Shown here: positions 1 through 11,177 of the stretch, one piece after another
How the letters are laid out: each line of letters begins with the position of its first letter
Numbering within the stretch: the stretch's first letter is position 1
Source: a virus
Lineage: Duplodnaviria > Caudoviricetes
Virus record (IMG/VR): IMGVR_UViG_3300033463_005840
Span: 69,200 to 133,199 of that record
Direction: 5' to 3' (one strand)
DNA length: 64,000 nucleotides
Notes under the pieces: model-generated
Told to the model about the DNA's origin: nothing
The model's database searches: none
Seen by the model: the letters and a program-made list of their open reading frames with translations, nothing else
Position numbers and translations under genes: made by a program

Positions 1-194
1 GTAGGGAGTCTGGGTAAAAGTTTCTTTAAATCAGATTTAGACAATGTTATTCTTTCAACTTTATTAGATGACATTGATTACGATGTAATTGATGCCCCTG
101 CTGTTGATTATGAGATTGACCCTAATACTTATATTGAATTAAATTCTTTAATTATTAAGACATATTATTCAGAAAGAGAACAAAATAATCTTAG

Positions 195-3100
195 ATGAGC
201 TTTAATCCCGAAGACTTTGTTGCCAGTTTACTTTCTCAGGTGGATGCCCTTCCACCTGATATTTCTATTGATGACCGTGAAATTCCATTGGCAAAGAACT
301 GCATAGAGTTTTGTCATTCAAGAGATTTTATTGGGAATATGATTCCTGATAAACTATTTCCCAGACAGATTGAGATTCTTGTCAAACTTAATGCTGAGTA
401 TTGTCCTCATTGTACGGATATGGAGTATTTCGGAGATATAAAAACCCCATCAAAGATTATTGTTAATGATTTTGTTACAAATGTTTTATCTCATATACAG
501 TTATTAGATTATGGTAAATGTCCGAAATGCGGTGCCAGAAAATCTGAATTGTATAAAAACGGTGAATTATATACGCCTACTGAGTATGTGGCTTGCATGG
601 GCCAAAGATGTGTAACCGGTGATACTTTAATCCCTACTAATTTTGGAACTTTCTCTTTTAAAGAATTAGCATCTTATCAAGATAATAGTGAAGGCTTTTC
701 TCCTTATAAGACTAAGATAAGGTTAATAACGGATAGAAAGCTGGTTCTTTTACCTAGTCATTTTTATAAAAAAGAGAATGAAGATATTTACGAAGTAAAA
801 ACAAAGTGTGGTTTTTCTATCAAAGGAACACCTGAACATCCTCTTTATACCAAAGATGGCTTTATAAAGATTAAAGACTTAAAGACAAAGCAGATAATAC
901 CGATTTATTATAACTCCGATATCTTCGGTAATAATCATGAGTGGACAACCAAACATAGACCATTTGTTTCATTCTCTAAGTTTAGAGCAAATGCAAGAAA
1001 AGCATTTAAAGCGTTAAGACAAACAAAGCTTCTTAAAAAAATAACTTATACTGGAATCAAACCCGATGCCGATTTATGTAAGATGCTAGGCTTTTGGGTT
1101 GCCGAAGGCTGTAAAAACGCCAATATAGTCAACACCGATAAAGAGGTTTTAGATTTTTGCGAAAAGCAGTTAAAACGTTTAATCGTTCAGAAAGACTTAA
1201 TAATAAGAACGCAAAATTCCGTAGGGTCACGTCTTTTAGGTATTTGTGTTTATCTTAACGAGATTTTAGAAGGAAAAATCAAAGCGGGCAGCAGTGGAAA
1301 ACGTATTCCTAGTTGGATATTCAAATGCAATAAGAAAATGCAGGCTGCTTTTTTACAAGGTTTATTTGAAGGCGATGGCGGTACTGAGAAAAATCAAAGC
1401 ATAACTTATTATAGCAAAAGCGCCGGATTGATAGACGATTTAAAAAACATGCTATTAAATTTTGGCATAATAACTAAAACTTATTCTCGTTATAAGTGGG
1501 CGACAAATGGAAGTTCTAAGCAAAAGCCTTGTTTAGTCCATATACTAAACATTAATGGTAAATTTTTAGAGATTTTTCAAAAAGAGATTAACTTTTTCTC
1601 CGATTATAAAAAAGAACGCCTAACAAGATGTGTCGATTTTTATAAAAAGCGCCAAAAGAATTTTAGTTACTGGTATGATAAATTTCCTCATTGCATTAAA
1701 GAAGAGTTTTTCGACCTGTTAAAAGATATGGTAGCGGATATAAAAGATGTTACTATTTATAATTTTTATACACAAGGGTTAGTCTGCGGAACTTTACACC
1801 ACTTAATCTTTTTTGATTCTTTTGAAAAAGCTATAAGAGATGATGTCGAACTTACTAGAAACAACCTTACCTTTATGTATAACAAGATTAAAAGTTCGTC
1901 TAAATATGTTCATCTGTCTCTTGCCAGTAAAACGAAATTAGAAGCTTTCTATCTAAAATATATGGAAGAGGGTATTTTATGGGATGAAGTTGCTTCGATA
2001 GAATATAAAGGTAAAGATACCGTTTATGATGTTACTATACCTGAACATCATTGTTTTTTAGGGAACGGCTTTTTAAACCACAATAGCGGAAAGTCGGCTA
2101 TATCGTCTATCCAATTAGCTTACATTATTCACAGGTTTTTAAAAACCCCTAATTTGCAAAAGGTTTATAAACTTTTGCCCTCATCTCCGTTTACGATTCC
2201 ATTGGTTGGTCTTTCTTTTGAAAAAGCGAAAGAACTCCTTTATAATGCCCTTTATAAATACGTGACAGAGGGTAATTGGTTTATTCAGTATGCTGAATTT
2301 TTAGATAAAGAATCATCTCGTATGGGATGCCAACCTCTTTATGTTATTAAAGATACTTTTATGCGATTCAGGCATAAAAATATATTAATCGCTCCGTTCG
2401 GTCCCGATAAACGTAAATTAAGAGGCAATACCTCAATTTCATCTGCTACTGACGAGGTTGGTTGGTTTTTAAAGGGTGGTATTGAAGGAATCAAGTTTGA
2501 TGCTGATGAAATTTATGCTTCCGTTAATAACTCTTTAATGACCGCAAAAGAAAGTTATCTTCGTTTATTATCAGAGGGTTATGATAATCTTCCGGTCCCG
2601 ATGAATATTAATATTTCATCTCCGTCTTCAAAAAAAGATAAGATTTGTCGTCTTTATGAAGATTCCAAACATGATGATTATATGTTCGGTATGCACTTAG
2701 CAACGTGGGAAGTCAATCCGTATCTTCCATTTGACGGACCCACAATGCAAGCTCTTTTGAAAAAACATGGTAAAAATTTTTGGCGAGATTTTGGTGCAGT
2801 ACCTCCGAATAGCAGTAACGCTTTTATTAATGATATTAAACTTTTAGAGAACTGTGCGTCTAAGAGAAATAATATATGTAATCTGGAACAATACTCGGAA
2901 GTTGTCGGTTCAAAGAATTATACGACTGCCAGAATCTCTACGGTAATCAGAGATAACAATGTTGCAAACAGAATACTGGCTCTTGATGCTGGTGTGACTC
3001 ATAATAGTTTTGCTTTTGCTATTGCCAGTCTGCAAGGAAAAAAAGTCATTTTTGATTTATTGACTGAGGTGATTCCTTCGCCGGATGCCCCGATTAATTA

Positions 3101-3680
3101 TAGTTCGGTTTTTAATAATATTATATTGAAACTCATAGAACAATATAATATAAAGATGATTTGCACTGATAGATGGCAAAATATAAAACTATTATCCGAT
3201 ATAGAGAATAATGTTAATCTTAATTGTGAGACAAAAACCAAGTCAGTCAATTATGGTGATTTTGAGTTCTTTAAGACTTCTCTTATTGATAATAATATCG
3301 TATTACCAAAACCGGAAATTCCGTTCGATAAAATTGAGAATTTTGCGACAAGCGACTATCCTGAATGTTATATTCATTATCCACTGGCGCATTTTTACTT
3401 ACAAGCTTTAACGGTGGTTGATATGCAAGGCAAGACTGTTGCTAAAGGTGATGGCCTTACAGATGATATTTTCAGGTCAGCAGTTTTGGCTCATGCAGTA
3501 ATAACGGATAATAAATATTGTGATATTTTTAATGCTCCTGTTAATGTCCTGCCAAAGATTTCTAATAGGGGATTATGCGCTGGTGCAGATGGTAATGTAA
3601 TAGGCTCATGTAATATAGGTGCTAATCCTAATGGCGCTTTTTCCGGAAATTTTTCAATAGGAGCTTTGCCGATTAGATGA
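195..3680 (+). CDS. terL: Terminase large subunit with LAGLIDADG intein
   Basis: Spliced Walker A MGQR|SGKS, Walker B-like ATDEVG, ISSP coupling motif, nuclease motifs LALDAG and TDDIFRS. Confidence 0.85.
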   Translation: MSFNPEDFVASLLSQVDALPPDISIDDREIPLAKNCIEFCHSRDFIGNMIPDKLFPRQIEILVKLNAEYCPHCTDMEYFGDIKTPSKIIVNDFVTNVLSHIQLLDYGKCPKCGARKSELYKNGELYTPTEYVACMGQRCVTGDTLIPTNFGTFSFKELASYQDNSEGFSPYKTKIRLITDRKLVLLPSHFYKKENEDIYEVKTKCGFSIKGTPEHPLYTKDGFIKIKDLKTKQIIPIYYNSDIFGNNHEWTTKHRPFVSFSKFRANARKAFKALRQTKLLKKITYTGIKPDADLCKMLGFWVAEGCKNANIVNTDKEVLDFCEKQLKRLIVQKDLIIRTQNSVGSRLLGICVYLNEILEGKIKAGSSGKRIPSWIFKCNKKMQAAFLQGLFEGDGGTEKNQSITYYSKSAGLIDDLKNMLLNFGIITKTYSRYKWATNGSSKQKPCLVHILNINGKFLEIFQKEINFFSDYKKERLTRCVDFYKKRQKNFSYWYDKFPHCIKEEFFDLLKDMVADIKDVTIYNFYTQGLVCGTLHHLIFFDSFEKAIRDDVELTRNNLTFMYNKIKSSSKYVHLSLASKTKLEAFYLKYMEEGILWDEVASIEYKGKDTVYDVTIPEHHCFLGNGFLNHNSGKSAISSIQLAYIIHRFLKTPNLQKVYKLLPSSPFTIPLVGLSFEKAKELLYNALYKYVTEGNWFIQYAEFLDKESSRMGCQPLYVIKDTFMRFRHKNILIAPFGPDKRKLRGNTSISSATDEVGWFLKGGIEGIKFDADEIYASVNNSLMTAKESYLRLLSEGYDNLPVPMNINISSPSSKKDKICRLYEDSKHDDYMFGMHLATWEVNPYLPFDGPTMQALLKKHGKNFWRDFGAVPPNSSNAFINDIKLLENCASKRNNICNLEQYSEVVGSKNYTTARISTVIRDNNVANRILALDAGVTHNSFAFAIASLQGKKVIFDLLTEVIPSPDAPINYSSVFNNIILKLIEQYNIKMICTDRWQNIKLLSDIENNVNLNCETKTKSVNYGDFEFFKTSLIDNNIVLPKPEIPFDKIENFATSDYPECYIHYPLAHFYLQALTVVDMQGKTVAKGDGLTDDIFRSAVLAHAVITDNKYCDIFNAPVNVLPKISNRGLCAGADGNVIGSCNIGANPNGAFSGNFSIGALPIR
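609..2084 (+). mobile_element. Intein (492 aa) in terminase Walker A
   Basis: CVTGDT start, GTPEHP block B, LGFWVAEG and LQGLFEGDG LAGLIDADG motifs, VYDV..HN|S end. Confidence 0.95.
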
Positions 3681-3710
3681 TTTTTCTTAAAAAATACCAT
3701 TTTTAACAAT

Positions 3711-3724
3711 ATATATATTTATAG
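3711..3724 (+). promoter_or_regulatory. Phage promoter motif ATATATATTTATAG (one of about 12 copies)
   Basis: Recurs in intergenic DNA upstream of gene starts. Confidence 0.7.
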
Positions 3725-3789
3725 AAAGTGAACGAAAGGACGTTTGCTAAAAATAATTAAAACGTTTTAATTTAAACATAGGTGTCAGA

Positions 3790-5133
3790 ATGTTGAATTT
3801 TAAAAAGAGAGTTAGTTTGAATTTGCAAAAAGTTTTTGACATTTCAAAGAATGTCAAAAAAGTTATGTGTGAAGTTAATACCAATGACTATACATTTAAT
3901 GATATAAAGTCGGCGGCGATTGACTTGTTTACAGTTAAGGCTTCCATGGTTAAGAGCACTTATCGGCAAGTTGCTGATAATTATGTTTCGTTTGTTCTTA
4001 TGCCAAATAAGATTTCAAAGCCTTATGATAAGACCAAGTATAAAACAATTTCCTCAGATATAATCTCTGATATTCAGGATAATAGCATTTGGAAAGTCGT
4101 TGATGTGGATGGAGAGAAGAGAATAGTTTTGATTGATGACCAAAACTTCAATAATATCTTTAAAGCGTCAACCAGAATTTCAACTTTCGCTGCAATGTAT
4201 GAGCCGCCGAAAGCAGCAATAAATGATTATGTGTCTTTTTATTCGATTAAAAGCAATGCGTTGGTTTCTGGTATTGTTACAGAAGCTGAAGATGATACTT
4301 CAATTATTATTGACCGTAACTGTAAATATCACCGCATTAAAAATAATGCAATCATTGACGTTGCTGATATGCACAATTCCAGTTTGAATCAATGCTTGTC
4401 AAATCTTACTGAAACTATGGGCGACAATGTTCTTTCTTATTATAAAATGCTTTATGATAATACAGCGTTCTTTGATAAATTAGATGAATTGGTTGGTATT
4501 GACGTTAAGAGTAATAAGGGCGGCGATACTATGACCATTCAATCCGCTTTGTTGGATGAAGATACTATTAATAATATGAAAGATGTTATTAAAGATTATT
4601 TCATTAATAATATTGACAATGAAGAAGATGTTGGTAATACGGAAGGTGATTTTGATATTGACGTTGACCCTATGTTTGAGGGCGATGACGTTTTAGAGTT
4701 TGTTGTTGATGAGAACGATGATTTGGAAACTCTTGAAGATGTACCTTCTGCTGATGTTCTTACACCTGTTGAAACGCCGGTTATCGTTGACAATCCTGCT
4801 ATTACGGATATTGGTGTTGACCATGTTGCGCCTGTTACGGATATTGCGCCTGTTGCACCCGCTATTCCGGCTGTTGAACCTGTTATACCGGAAGCCGACC
4901 CTGCAATGCCATTGATGGTTGATGAAACTATTCCAACTATTGATATGGAAACTCCTGTTGCTCCGACATACAATCCTTCTGATATTATCGTCAATCCCGA
5001 TAATTCGGTGACAAGACAAGAAATTTTGCCTTCGCAAAAAGATAATATAGTTCCCGAAGACGAGCTTTCTGTTGACGATTTGATAGATGAAGTTTTAGAG
5101 GAAGAAAAGAAGGAATTAGGTGACAATGTATAA
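3790..5133 (+). CDS. Putative head/scaffold protein with acidic Pro-rich tail
   Basis: Follows terminase and promoter motif; low-complexity D/E/P/V C-terminus. Confidence 0.4.
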   Translation: MLNFKKRVSLNLQKVFDISKNVKKVMCEVNTNDYTFNDIKSAAIDLFTVKASMVKSTYRQVADNYVSFVLMPNKISKPYDKTKYKTISSDIISDIQDNSIWKVVDVDGEKRIVLIDDQNFNNIFKASTRISTFAAMYEPPKAAINDYVSFYSIKSNALVSGIVTEAEDDTSIIIDRNCKYHRIKNNAIIDVADMHNSSLNQCLSNLTETMGDNVLSYYKMLYDNTAFFDKLDELVGIDVKSNKGGDTMTIQSALLDEDTINNMKDVIKDYFINNIDNEEDVGNTEGDFDIDVDPMFEGDDVLEFVVDENDDLETLEDVPSADVLTPVETPVIVDNPAITDIGVDHVAPVTDIAPVAPAIPAVEPVIPEADPAMPLMVDETIPTIDMETPVAPTYNPSDIIVNPDNSVTRQEILPSQKDNIVPEDELSVDDLIDEVLEEEKKELGDNV

Positions 5134-5356
5134 TAGATTGCGTAATCGCTTAGAGTCTAACTTAAATAGTGCTGATTATATATCTTTGAATATTCCTTTA
5201 CTTATGCGTGTTTTGGAATATGCTCATGAAGATGCTAATGATGATTTAGATTTGCACTTCATTGTTGAAAGGATGATTGATTTATCGGCTAATAAAGAAG
5301 TTTTGACAATGAGCGATTATACTTCTATCGTTGATAAGTTGCACTATCAAAAATAA
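5120..5356 (+). CDS. Hypothetical phage protein
   Basis: ORF; IPLLMRVLEYAHEDA..DLDLH pattern resembles small large-phage proteins. Confidence 0.55.
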   Translation: MTMYNRLRNRLESNLNSADYISLNIPLLMRVLEYAHEDANDDLDLHFIVERMIDLSANKEVLTMSDYTSIVDKLHYQK

Positions 5357-5378
5357 CCTTTTCAAAAGGGAATAAAAG

Positions 5379-6749
5379 ATGTCGGACAATGTTTTAATCC
5401 GAGACGAAGGCAATATTATAGAGGTCGTTCAAGGTCGTGACTTAACAGTTTGTAAGATTGTTAAGTCAGACGTTGAGATTGAGAAACTTAAATTTATTCA
5501 GTTAGCAGATACGCCTGACACCTATGTTGATAATAAAGGCAAGACACTAAAAGTAAATGCTGATGAAAATGGGTTAGAGTTTACTGATTCTTATGATACT
5601 TTTATCTCTTTGACAGATACTCCGGCATCTTATACTGGTAATGAAGGCAGACTTGTTATTGTAAATAATGAGGGAACAGGTCTTAATTTTGTTAATTATT
5701 CTGCTGGCTCAATAACAATTCAATATTTTACTCAATTAGCTGATGTTCCTGCCTCTTACTCTGGAGCTGCTGGTAAAGTCGTTGCTGTTAAGCAAAGTAC
5801 AAATGGATTGGAATTTAAAACTGCTAATGAGTTACTTACTACACAATCTGGCGTTAATGCTGGTGTTTATAGTTATCCTATTGTTACTGTTAATAATAAA
5901 GGACTTATTACAAGCATAGAAAATGGCGTACCTTTTGAGTTTCCTCCATTTACCGCTTATAATCTATTAATTGGTGATGGCTCAAAGACACCCGCAGAAG
6001 TGCCTCATGGTGCTATGTATCAAACACTCGTAACAACTGCAAATACAGGTGCAGTTGCTTGGAATTGGCTTGGTTCGTTATTTGATAATAATGGCCATAT
6101 GATATTCCATGCTACAAGTGATTCCTCTACAAATTATTCCACGTTAGTTGTGCATACTGACGGTTCTAATGTTAAATTATATCCTGAGACTTCCACTAAT
6201 GCTTTTATATTAGGATATAATGGCGAGTTTACAATCACATCATCTTATTCAATCTTTGATAATGATGTTAAGATTTTATCAGGTAATGAGGTTGTTTCTG
6301 AAGGACCTTTATCATTAAAACCTGAGACTGTTGTTAAAATTTCTGATGATATTGACCCTGCTACTTATGCCTCTAGGATTATTAATGACAACGACCTTGT
6401 AACAAAGAAGTACGTAGAGTCGCATCAAATTGATACAAGCAATCTTTTAAAACGGACTGCTTCTAGTGTAATGGAAGATAACACTGTTGTTTATTCATTG
6501 CCTGTTGGTGCAGAAACCGAATGTTTAATTGTTAACGTGACATCTGGTTTTAATGAGGGTGCTACAATATTATTAATGGATTCTTTAGGAAATATTCTTA
6601 TTAATGAAGATGACATCCCGTCATTAAATACATCAGATTTAATAAGATTATATTTTGATGATAAGGTTGTTGACGAGAATTATCAAATTTCTGTTGTTGT
6701 AAGCAATTATGAATTTGGTACTGCAAATGTTTATTTAACATACTTCTAA
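5379..6749 (+). CDS. Fibre/decoration-like structural protein
   Basis: Three F..L.D.P..Y....GK...V.....GL.F repeats; fibre-type VTVNNKGLITS motif. Confidence 0.6.
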   Translation: MSDNVLIRDEGNIIEVVQGRDLTVCKIVKSDVEIEKLKFIQLADTPDTYVDNKGKTLKVNADENGLEFTDSYDTFISLTDTPASYTGNEGRLVIVNNEGTGLNFVNYSAGSITIQYFTQLADVPASYSGAAGKVVAVKQSTNGLEFKTANELLTTQSGVNAGVYSYPIVTVNNKGLITSIENGVPFEFPPFTAYNLLIGDGSKTPAEVPHGAMYQTLVTTANTGAVAWNWLGSLFDNNGHMIFHATSDSSTNYSTLVVHTDGSNVKLYPETSTNAFILGYNGEFTITSSYSIFDNDVKILSGNEVVSEGPLSLKPETVVKISDDIDPATYASRIINDNDLVTKKYVESHQIDTSNLLKRTASSVMEDNTVVYSLPVGAETECLIVNVTSGFNEGATILLMDSLGNILINEDDIPSLNTSDLIRLYFDDKVVDENYQISVVVSNYEFGTANVYLTYF

Positions 6750-6766
6750 TTTTGGAGAGGTAGTGC

Positions 6767-7240
6767 ATGGATTTTTTAATAAATGTAACACCAGTTGGCA
6801 AAGGTAGACCCAGAGTATCTTCCAGAGGTGGTTTTGCTCGTATGTATACGCCAAAAAAGACCAGTGATTTTGAAACCCTTGTTCGAAATCAAGTTATTAA
6901 AACTATGACAGATAATAATTGGCAGATGTTTGGGGAAGACATACCGCTGATTGTTGAATTATATCTTTATTTTCCGATGTCAAAGAGCTTGTCTAAAAAG
7001 AAGAAAATTGATTTAAAGAATAAATATCATACAAAAAAGCCGGATGTTGATAATGTCATAAAAGCGGTTCTGGATGCTTGCAATGAAGTTGTTTATTATG
7101 ATGATTCACAGATTGTAACCATAACAAGTGTAAAACGCTATGTTGATGATATAGAGAGAGATACCGGTTTAATTAGTATGCGAGTCATGCAAGCTCCTGA
7201 ACAGCTCAGTATCTTTGAAAGTGGAGCTGAAAATGCCTAA
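6767..7240 (+). CDS. rusA: RusA Holliday junction resolvase
   Basis: GKGRPR, KPDVDNVIKAVLDA, DDSQIV. Confidence 0.92.
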   Translation: MDFLINVTPVGKGRPRVSSRGGFARMYTPKKTSDFETLVRNQVIKTMTDNNWQMFGEDIPLIVELYLYFPMSKSLSKKKKIDLKNKYHTKKPDVDNVIKAVLDACNEVVYYDDSQIVTITSVKRYVDDIERDTGLISMRVMQAPEQLSIFESGAENA

Positions 7241-7514
7241 AGTGGGAGATTTGCAAAGAGGCTCTTGGGAATTAAAAGCATTGAACTTTCTTGTTAGTTA
7301 TTGTGCAAGAGAGAGGATTCGTTACAATAATAAAGAGTGCCGAGATGAGTTTGTTATTGTTGATTACGGTCTTAATGATAATTCTCAATTAGAGATTGAT
7401 ACCGGTTATGTTGATGAGGAAGGCAATCTTTCTAAAAATTGGGTGACAAATTATTTCGACTTAAATAGAGATGGATTAGAATTTGCTCTAAGATATTTGG
7501 GTTTGGATTTTTAA
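7233..7514 (+). CDS. Hypothetical protein
   Basis: ORF; start refined to ATG after GGAG. Confidence 0.55.
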   Translation: MPKVGDLQRGSWELKALNFLVSYCARERIRYNNKECRDEFVIVDYGLNDNSQLEIDTGYVDEEGNLSKNWVTNYFDLNRDGLEFALRYLGLDF

Positions 7515-7562
7515 AAATTTTTGTATTTTAAAATGTTCTTAAATTTTAAGAGGGTTTCTTAA

Positions 7563-7802
7563 ATGTTCAATTTTCTGAAAAACACTTTTAAGCGAAGAAG
7601 CTTAACAGATAAAGAGTTTGTTCAAGTTCTTTTAAAAGAGTTAGTTGAACGAACTTTACCCAAGAATCGAGTTCATAACCAAGTTAATAAGGCTTTATTT
7701 AAACTCGACAAACTTTCAGAGAATACTTGGGATAAGAATCTTTTGAATGAGATTAAGGAAGACTTGGAATTAATTTTAGATGAGAAAGAGTTATTAAAAT
7801 GA
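7563..7802 (+). CDS. Hypothetical protein
   Basis: ORF coupled to next gene. Confidence 0.5.
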   Translation: MFNFLKNTFKRRSLTDKEFVQVLLKELVERTLPKNRVHNQVNKALFKLDKLSENTWDKNLLNEIKEDLELILDEKELLK

Positions 7803-8377
7803 CAAAAAAATGTGTTATCGGAATTAATGGTAAAATTAATAGTGGTAAAGATACTGCCGCTAAGTATCTTGCAGATGTTTTAGATGGAAAGATATTTCAT
7901 TTTGCTACACCTGTTAAAGAAATTGTTAATGCTGCGTTTAATGTTCCCCTTGACTGGATGGAAGATAGAACATTAAAAGAATCTAACTTTAAAGGTAGCA
8001 ATGATATAACTCTTAATGTCCGTGATTTGATGCGTTTTGTCGGACAGTCTTTTAAAGAGAAAGACCCGGATGTCTGGGTTAATATTTGTCGTAAAAAGAT
8101 TAATTGCTTTTATTATGAAAACAAAGATTCTTATAAACATAAGGTTATGTATTTCATAATTCCGGATTTGCGTTTTGCCAATGAAGCAAAAATCTGTGAT
8201 TATACTATTAATGTTACAAGAGATGTGGCTATGAATAACGATACGTCAATAACAGAGAACTCCCTTAATGACTTTAAGTTTGATTACACAGTTACGAATA
8301 ACGGCAAGATGGAAGACTTCTTTATTGAGTTGTATAAGATTTCAAACGACATAGAAAGCACATTCTTAGAAAAATAA
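7799..8377 (+). CDS. Deoxynucleoside monophosphate kinase
   Basis: GKINSGKDT P-loop, FATPVKE, R.LM..VG, DLRF.NE. Confidence 0.85.
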   Translation: MTKKCVIGINGKINSGKDTAAKYLADVLDGKIFHFATPVKEIVNAAFNVPLDWMEDRTLKESNFKGSNDITLNVRDLMRFVGQSFKEKDPDVWVNICRKKINCFYYENKDSYKHKVMYFIIPDLRFANEAKICDYTINVTRDVAMNNDTSITENSLNDFKFDYTVTNNGKMEDFFIELYKISNDIESTFLEK

Positions 8378-8495
8378 TTTTTTTTTGAAAAATTTTTCTT
8401 TACTTTTTTAAAAAATTATTTTAAATTAAATTCGTTTAAAAATTCTAACTCTAACCATTTTTAACTTAATGAAAAACACCGAGAGAGGATAATTC

Positions 8496-9704
8496 ATGCA
8501 GAGCATCGTTTGTGCGGAGATAAATGCACTCGTTAAACCTATTATTGGTTTAGATAATTTATTAACAATGCCTTATACAGAGTATGTGAATATGGTAAAG
8601 ACTTTAATTAAGGTTAAATTCGGGGTGCTTAAAGCCTCACAAATGAATAAAGAAATATCAAAGATTATACCGATTCCCAGAGACAGAATAGCTTTACGAG
8701 AAAAAATCAGGAATGATGAAGACCTTACGAATTATGTGAGCCTCTTGCATAGTGAGATGCTTGCCGGTAATGAGGTTCCTTTTTTGACATTGGATGACGT
8801 TGTATCTTTAAAGAAATTACCCAGAGCATTATCTGATAATAGTGTTAGGAAATATTGTGAAAGTGCTTTAATGTTTCTATCTAAATATATCAGGGCGATG
8901 GTTAACAGACGCTTGCATAAAATGCTAGTAAGAAACAATGATATAGACGCTGAGGATATAGTTTCTAAAGTTTATATGGCCACTTATGATAGATGTCGTG
9001 ATGCCGTAATGACAAAGCGGGGACAGTATCTTGTCAATTACTTAAAACTTAAAATCAATTCCGAGATTCTTAATATTCAAGGATATTATTTTTCTGATAA
9101 AAGAAGCGTGGTTGAAAAAATCGAGGTTAAAGGTAATAAAAAAACTGGAACCTCTGAAAATTCTGCAGATATGAAAAACAAAGCGAAAACCCTCCATAAT
9201 CTTCTCGAAAAACAAGATATTACACAAGATGATATTCGAGATATTGTGCAGTGTGATTATTTGCCAGTAAAGCAAAACGATGAGCTAGGAAGTGAAGACA
9301 AGACGTTTTATTATAATAGTCGTATTGTTAATGAGTATGATGCTACCAATGATAATGGTGAGGAGTTGGATTATTTTAATTGCATACCTGATACTTCGAT
9401 GCCTACGGTTATTGAAAATAACGAAATTACATATAAACTGGAAAAGAAATTAGTGGACTTAAAGCAGGATGATGCTACTAAAGGTGAGCGATTGTCAGCT
9501 CGTATCCTTGAGATTGTTATGAATAAATCAGAGGCTTTCCTTAAATATTGTTCAAATAAAGCCGGCGAGGTCTTTCATGATACTCTTAATATTTTGGAGA
9601 GATGCGGCCGTGTCAGTTTTCTTCATTACCTTAAAGATTATATGGGAGTTTCTTTGGAAACTATACAGAGATATTCCAGAAAATTCAAAGCTTTAGTTAT
9701 CTAG
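8496..9704 (+). CDS. Putative phage sigma factor
   Basis: Region-2-like DAEDIVSKVYM..YL..KI; C-terminal HTH-like LKDYMGVSLETIQRY. Confidence 0.45.
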   Translation: MQSIVCAEINALVKPIIGLDNLLTMPYTEYVNMVKTLIKVKFGVLKASQMNKEISKIIPIPRDRIALREKIRNDEDLTNYVSLLHSEMLAGNEVPFLTLDDVVSLKKLPRALSDNSVRKYCESALMFLSKYIRAMVNRRLHKMLVRNNDIDAEDIVSKVYMATYDRCRDAVMTKRGQYLVNYLKLKINSEILNIQGYYFSDKRSVVEKIEVKGNKKTGTSENSADMKNKAKTLHNLLEKQDITQDDIRDIVQCDYLPVKQNDELGSEDKTFYYNSRIVNEYDATNDNGEELDYFNCIPDTSMPTVIENNEITYKLEKKLVDLKQDDATKGERLSARILEIVMNKSEAFLKYCSNKAGEVFHDTLNILERCGRVSFLHYLKDYMGVSLETIQRYSRKFKALVI

Positions 9705-9737
9705 TTTTTCTTTTTAAAAATCAGGGAGTAGCTAAAA

Positions 9738-11168
9738 ATGGAAAACACTGTCAATAGTCTAACCGTGATGGACAAACTCTTTTTTGCACTTGAACAAAGA
9801 CAGAAAGAATCTGTCCTAGTTATTATTGAGTCGATGCTTGCCGCTAATAAAAAATTAGCAGGAGTACAGGAAATTAAACAAGAGATAAAATCAAAAGATG
9901 ATGTTTTGGATTCTTTCGCTTCTGATTTAGAGGTGTTAAATAATGAAGATAATACTAACGCTGCAAATGAAACGACCATTACAAGTGACACACAAGCAGC
10001 AACTCAATCTGACGTGTCTGATAATGAAGTGGAAGAAAGTGTTAAACAAGAGATTATTCCAGAAACAGTGCCTGAAAATGCAGCTAATACAAGTGAGTTA
10101 AAAGAGATTGTGCAGGATTCGGATATTCCGGTTGTTACTTATATTCGAAAATCACATAATATCGACATGGCGAGTAGCACTATTGATACAACTAAGTTTG
10201 TTAATTTTGGCATTTTTGATTTCTGGGAAATCAAAGCTAATAAGATTACGTTTATTGTTGATGATATTGAAAGCATTCCAGATAATGCCACAAATGTCAA
10301 AGAAATAGCCGGTGAAGAAAAAACTGAACCGAAAATTAAATCTGAGGATAGTGCTATTAAATCAGACAGTAAGGCTAAGGTTGTTAAAAAACGTAGAAGA
10401 CGTAGAAAGACAGCTGAAGTGGATGTCAAAGAATCGCAAGCTCCTGTAAAAAGAAGACGTAGACGGAAAACCAAAATTATTGACGAACATGTAAAAGATG
10501 ACATTTCTAATGTTCCAGATAATAAGAATCCTCTTGCTGATAATAGCTCTTTGCCTGTGATACAAGAGAATATTAAAGAGGAGAATACGGAAACCCCTGA
10601 TAACATAACGCTAGATGAGGTAATACCACAAGAAAATCTTGAAAGTAAAACAGACGTTAATGAAAGTTCTTTTGATAATACCCCTGCCAATAACGAGCCG
10701 TTGGTTGCAGATGCGGAGAAAACACCGGAAATATTGATTGATGATAATATGGATGCCGATACCAAAGCGTTTATACAAAAAACTCTTGCAGAGAAGCCTG
10801 TGGTTGTTGATGGGGATTATTTAAAATATGCTCGTTCTCGTAAATATGAAAACACTCCTCGCGGAAAACCGATGGGACCTATGCCAAAGTTAGAACAGGT
10901 TATCTTTAATAATTTTGATAAGTATTTTAACGCTTTAGGTATAGATTCTTATTGTCGGGTTAATAATATTGAATCTGATGAGGAAAAAAGATTATTTGTG
11001 GGAATGTTGATTGAAAAAAGCAAAGAGTTTGATAAACTGACAATAACCGAGTTTAGAAATCTGGCAAAAGCATTTGGTATAAAATGTAAGTCTTTGAAAA
11101 ATATTCGTACTGGTTATTTACAGCGTATAAAACTCGCAGCAGTTGTTTCAAGAGTAATTAATGGGTGA
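9738..11168 (+). CDS. Acidic, largely disordered protein with two poly-Arg blocks
   Basis: KKRRRRRK and KRRRRRK within D/E-rich sequence. Confidence 0.6.
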   Translation: MENTVNSLTVMDKLFFALEQRQKESVLVIIESMLAANKKLAGVQEIKQEIKSKDDVLDSFASDLEVLNNEDNTNAANETTITSDTQAATQSDVSDNEVEESVKQEIIPETVPENAANTSELKEIVQDSDIPVVTYIRKSHNIDMASSTIDTTKFVNFGIFDFWEIKANKITFIVDDIESIPDNATNVKEIAGEEKTEPKIKSEDSAIKSDSKAKVVKKRRRRRKTAEVDVKESQAPVKRRRRRKTKIIDEHVKDDISNVPDNKNPLADNSSLPVIQENIKEENTETPDNITLDEVIPQENLESKTDVNESSFDNTPANNEPLVADAEKTPEILIDDNMDADTKAFIQKTLAEKPVVVDGDYLKYARSRKYENTPRGKPMGPMPKLEQVIFNNFDKYFNALGIDSYCRVNNIESDEEKRLFVGMLIEKSKEFDKLTITEFRNLAKAFGIKCKSLKNIRTGYLQRIKLAAVVSRVING

Positions 11169-11177
11169 GAAAAAATA

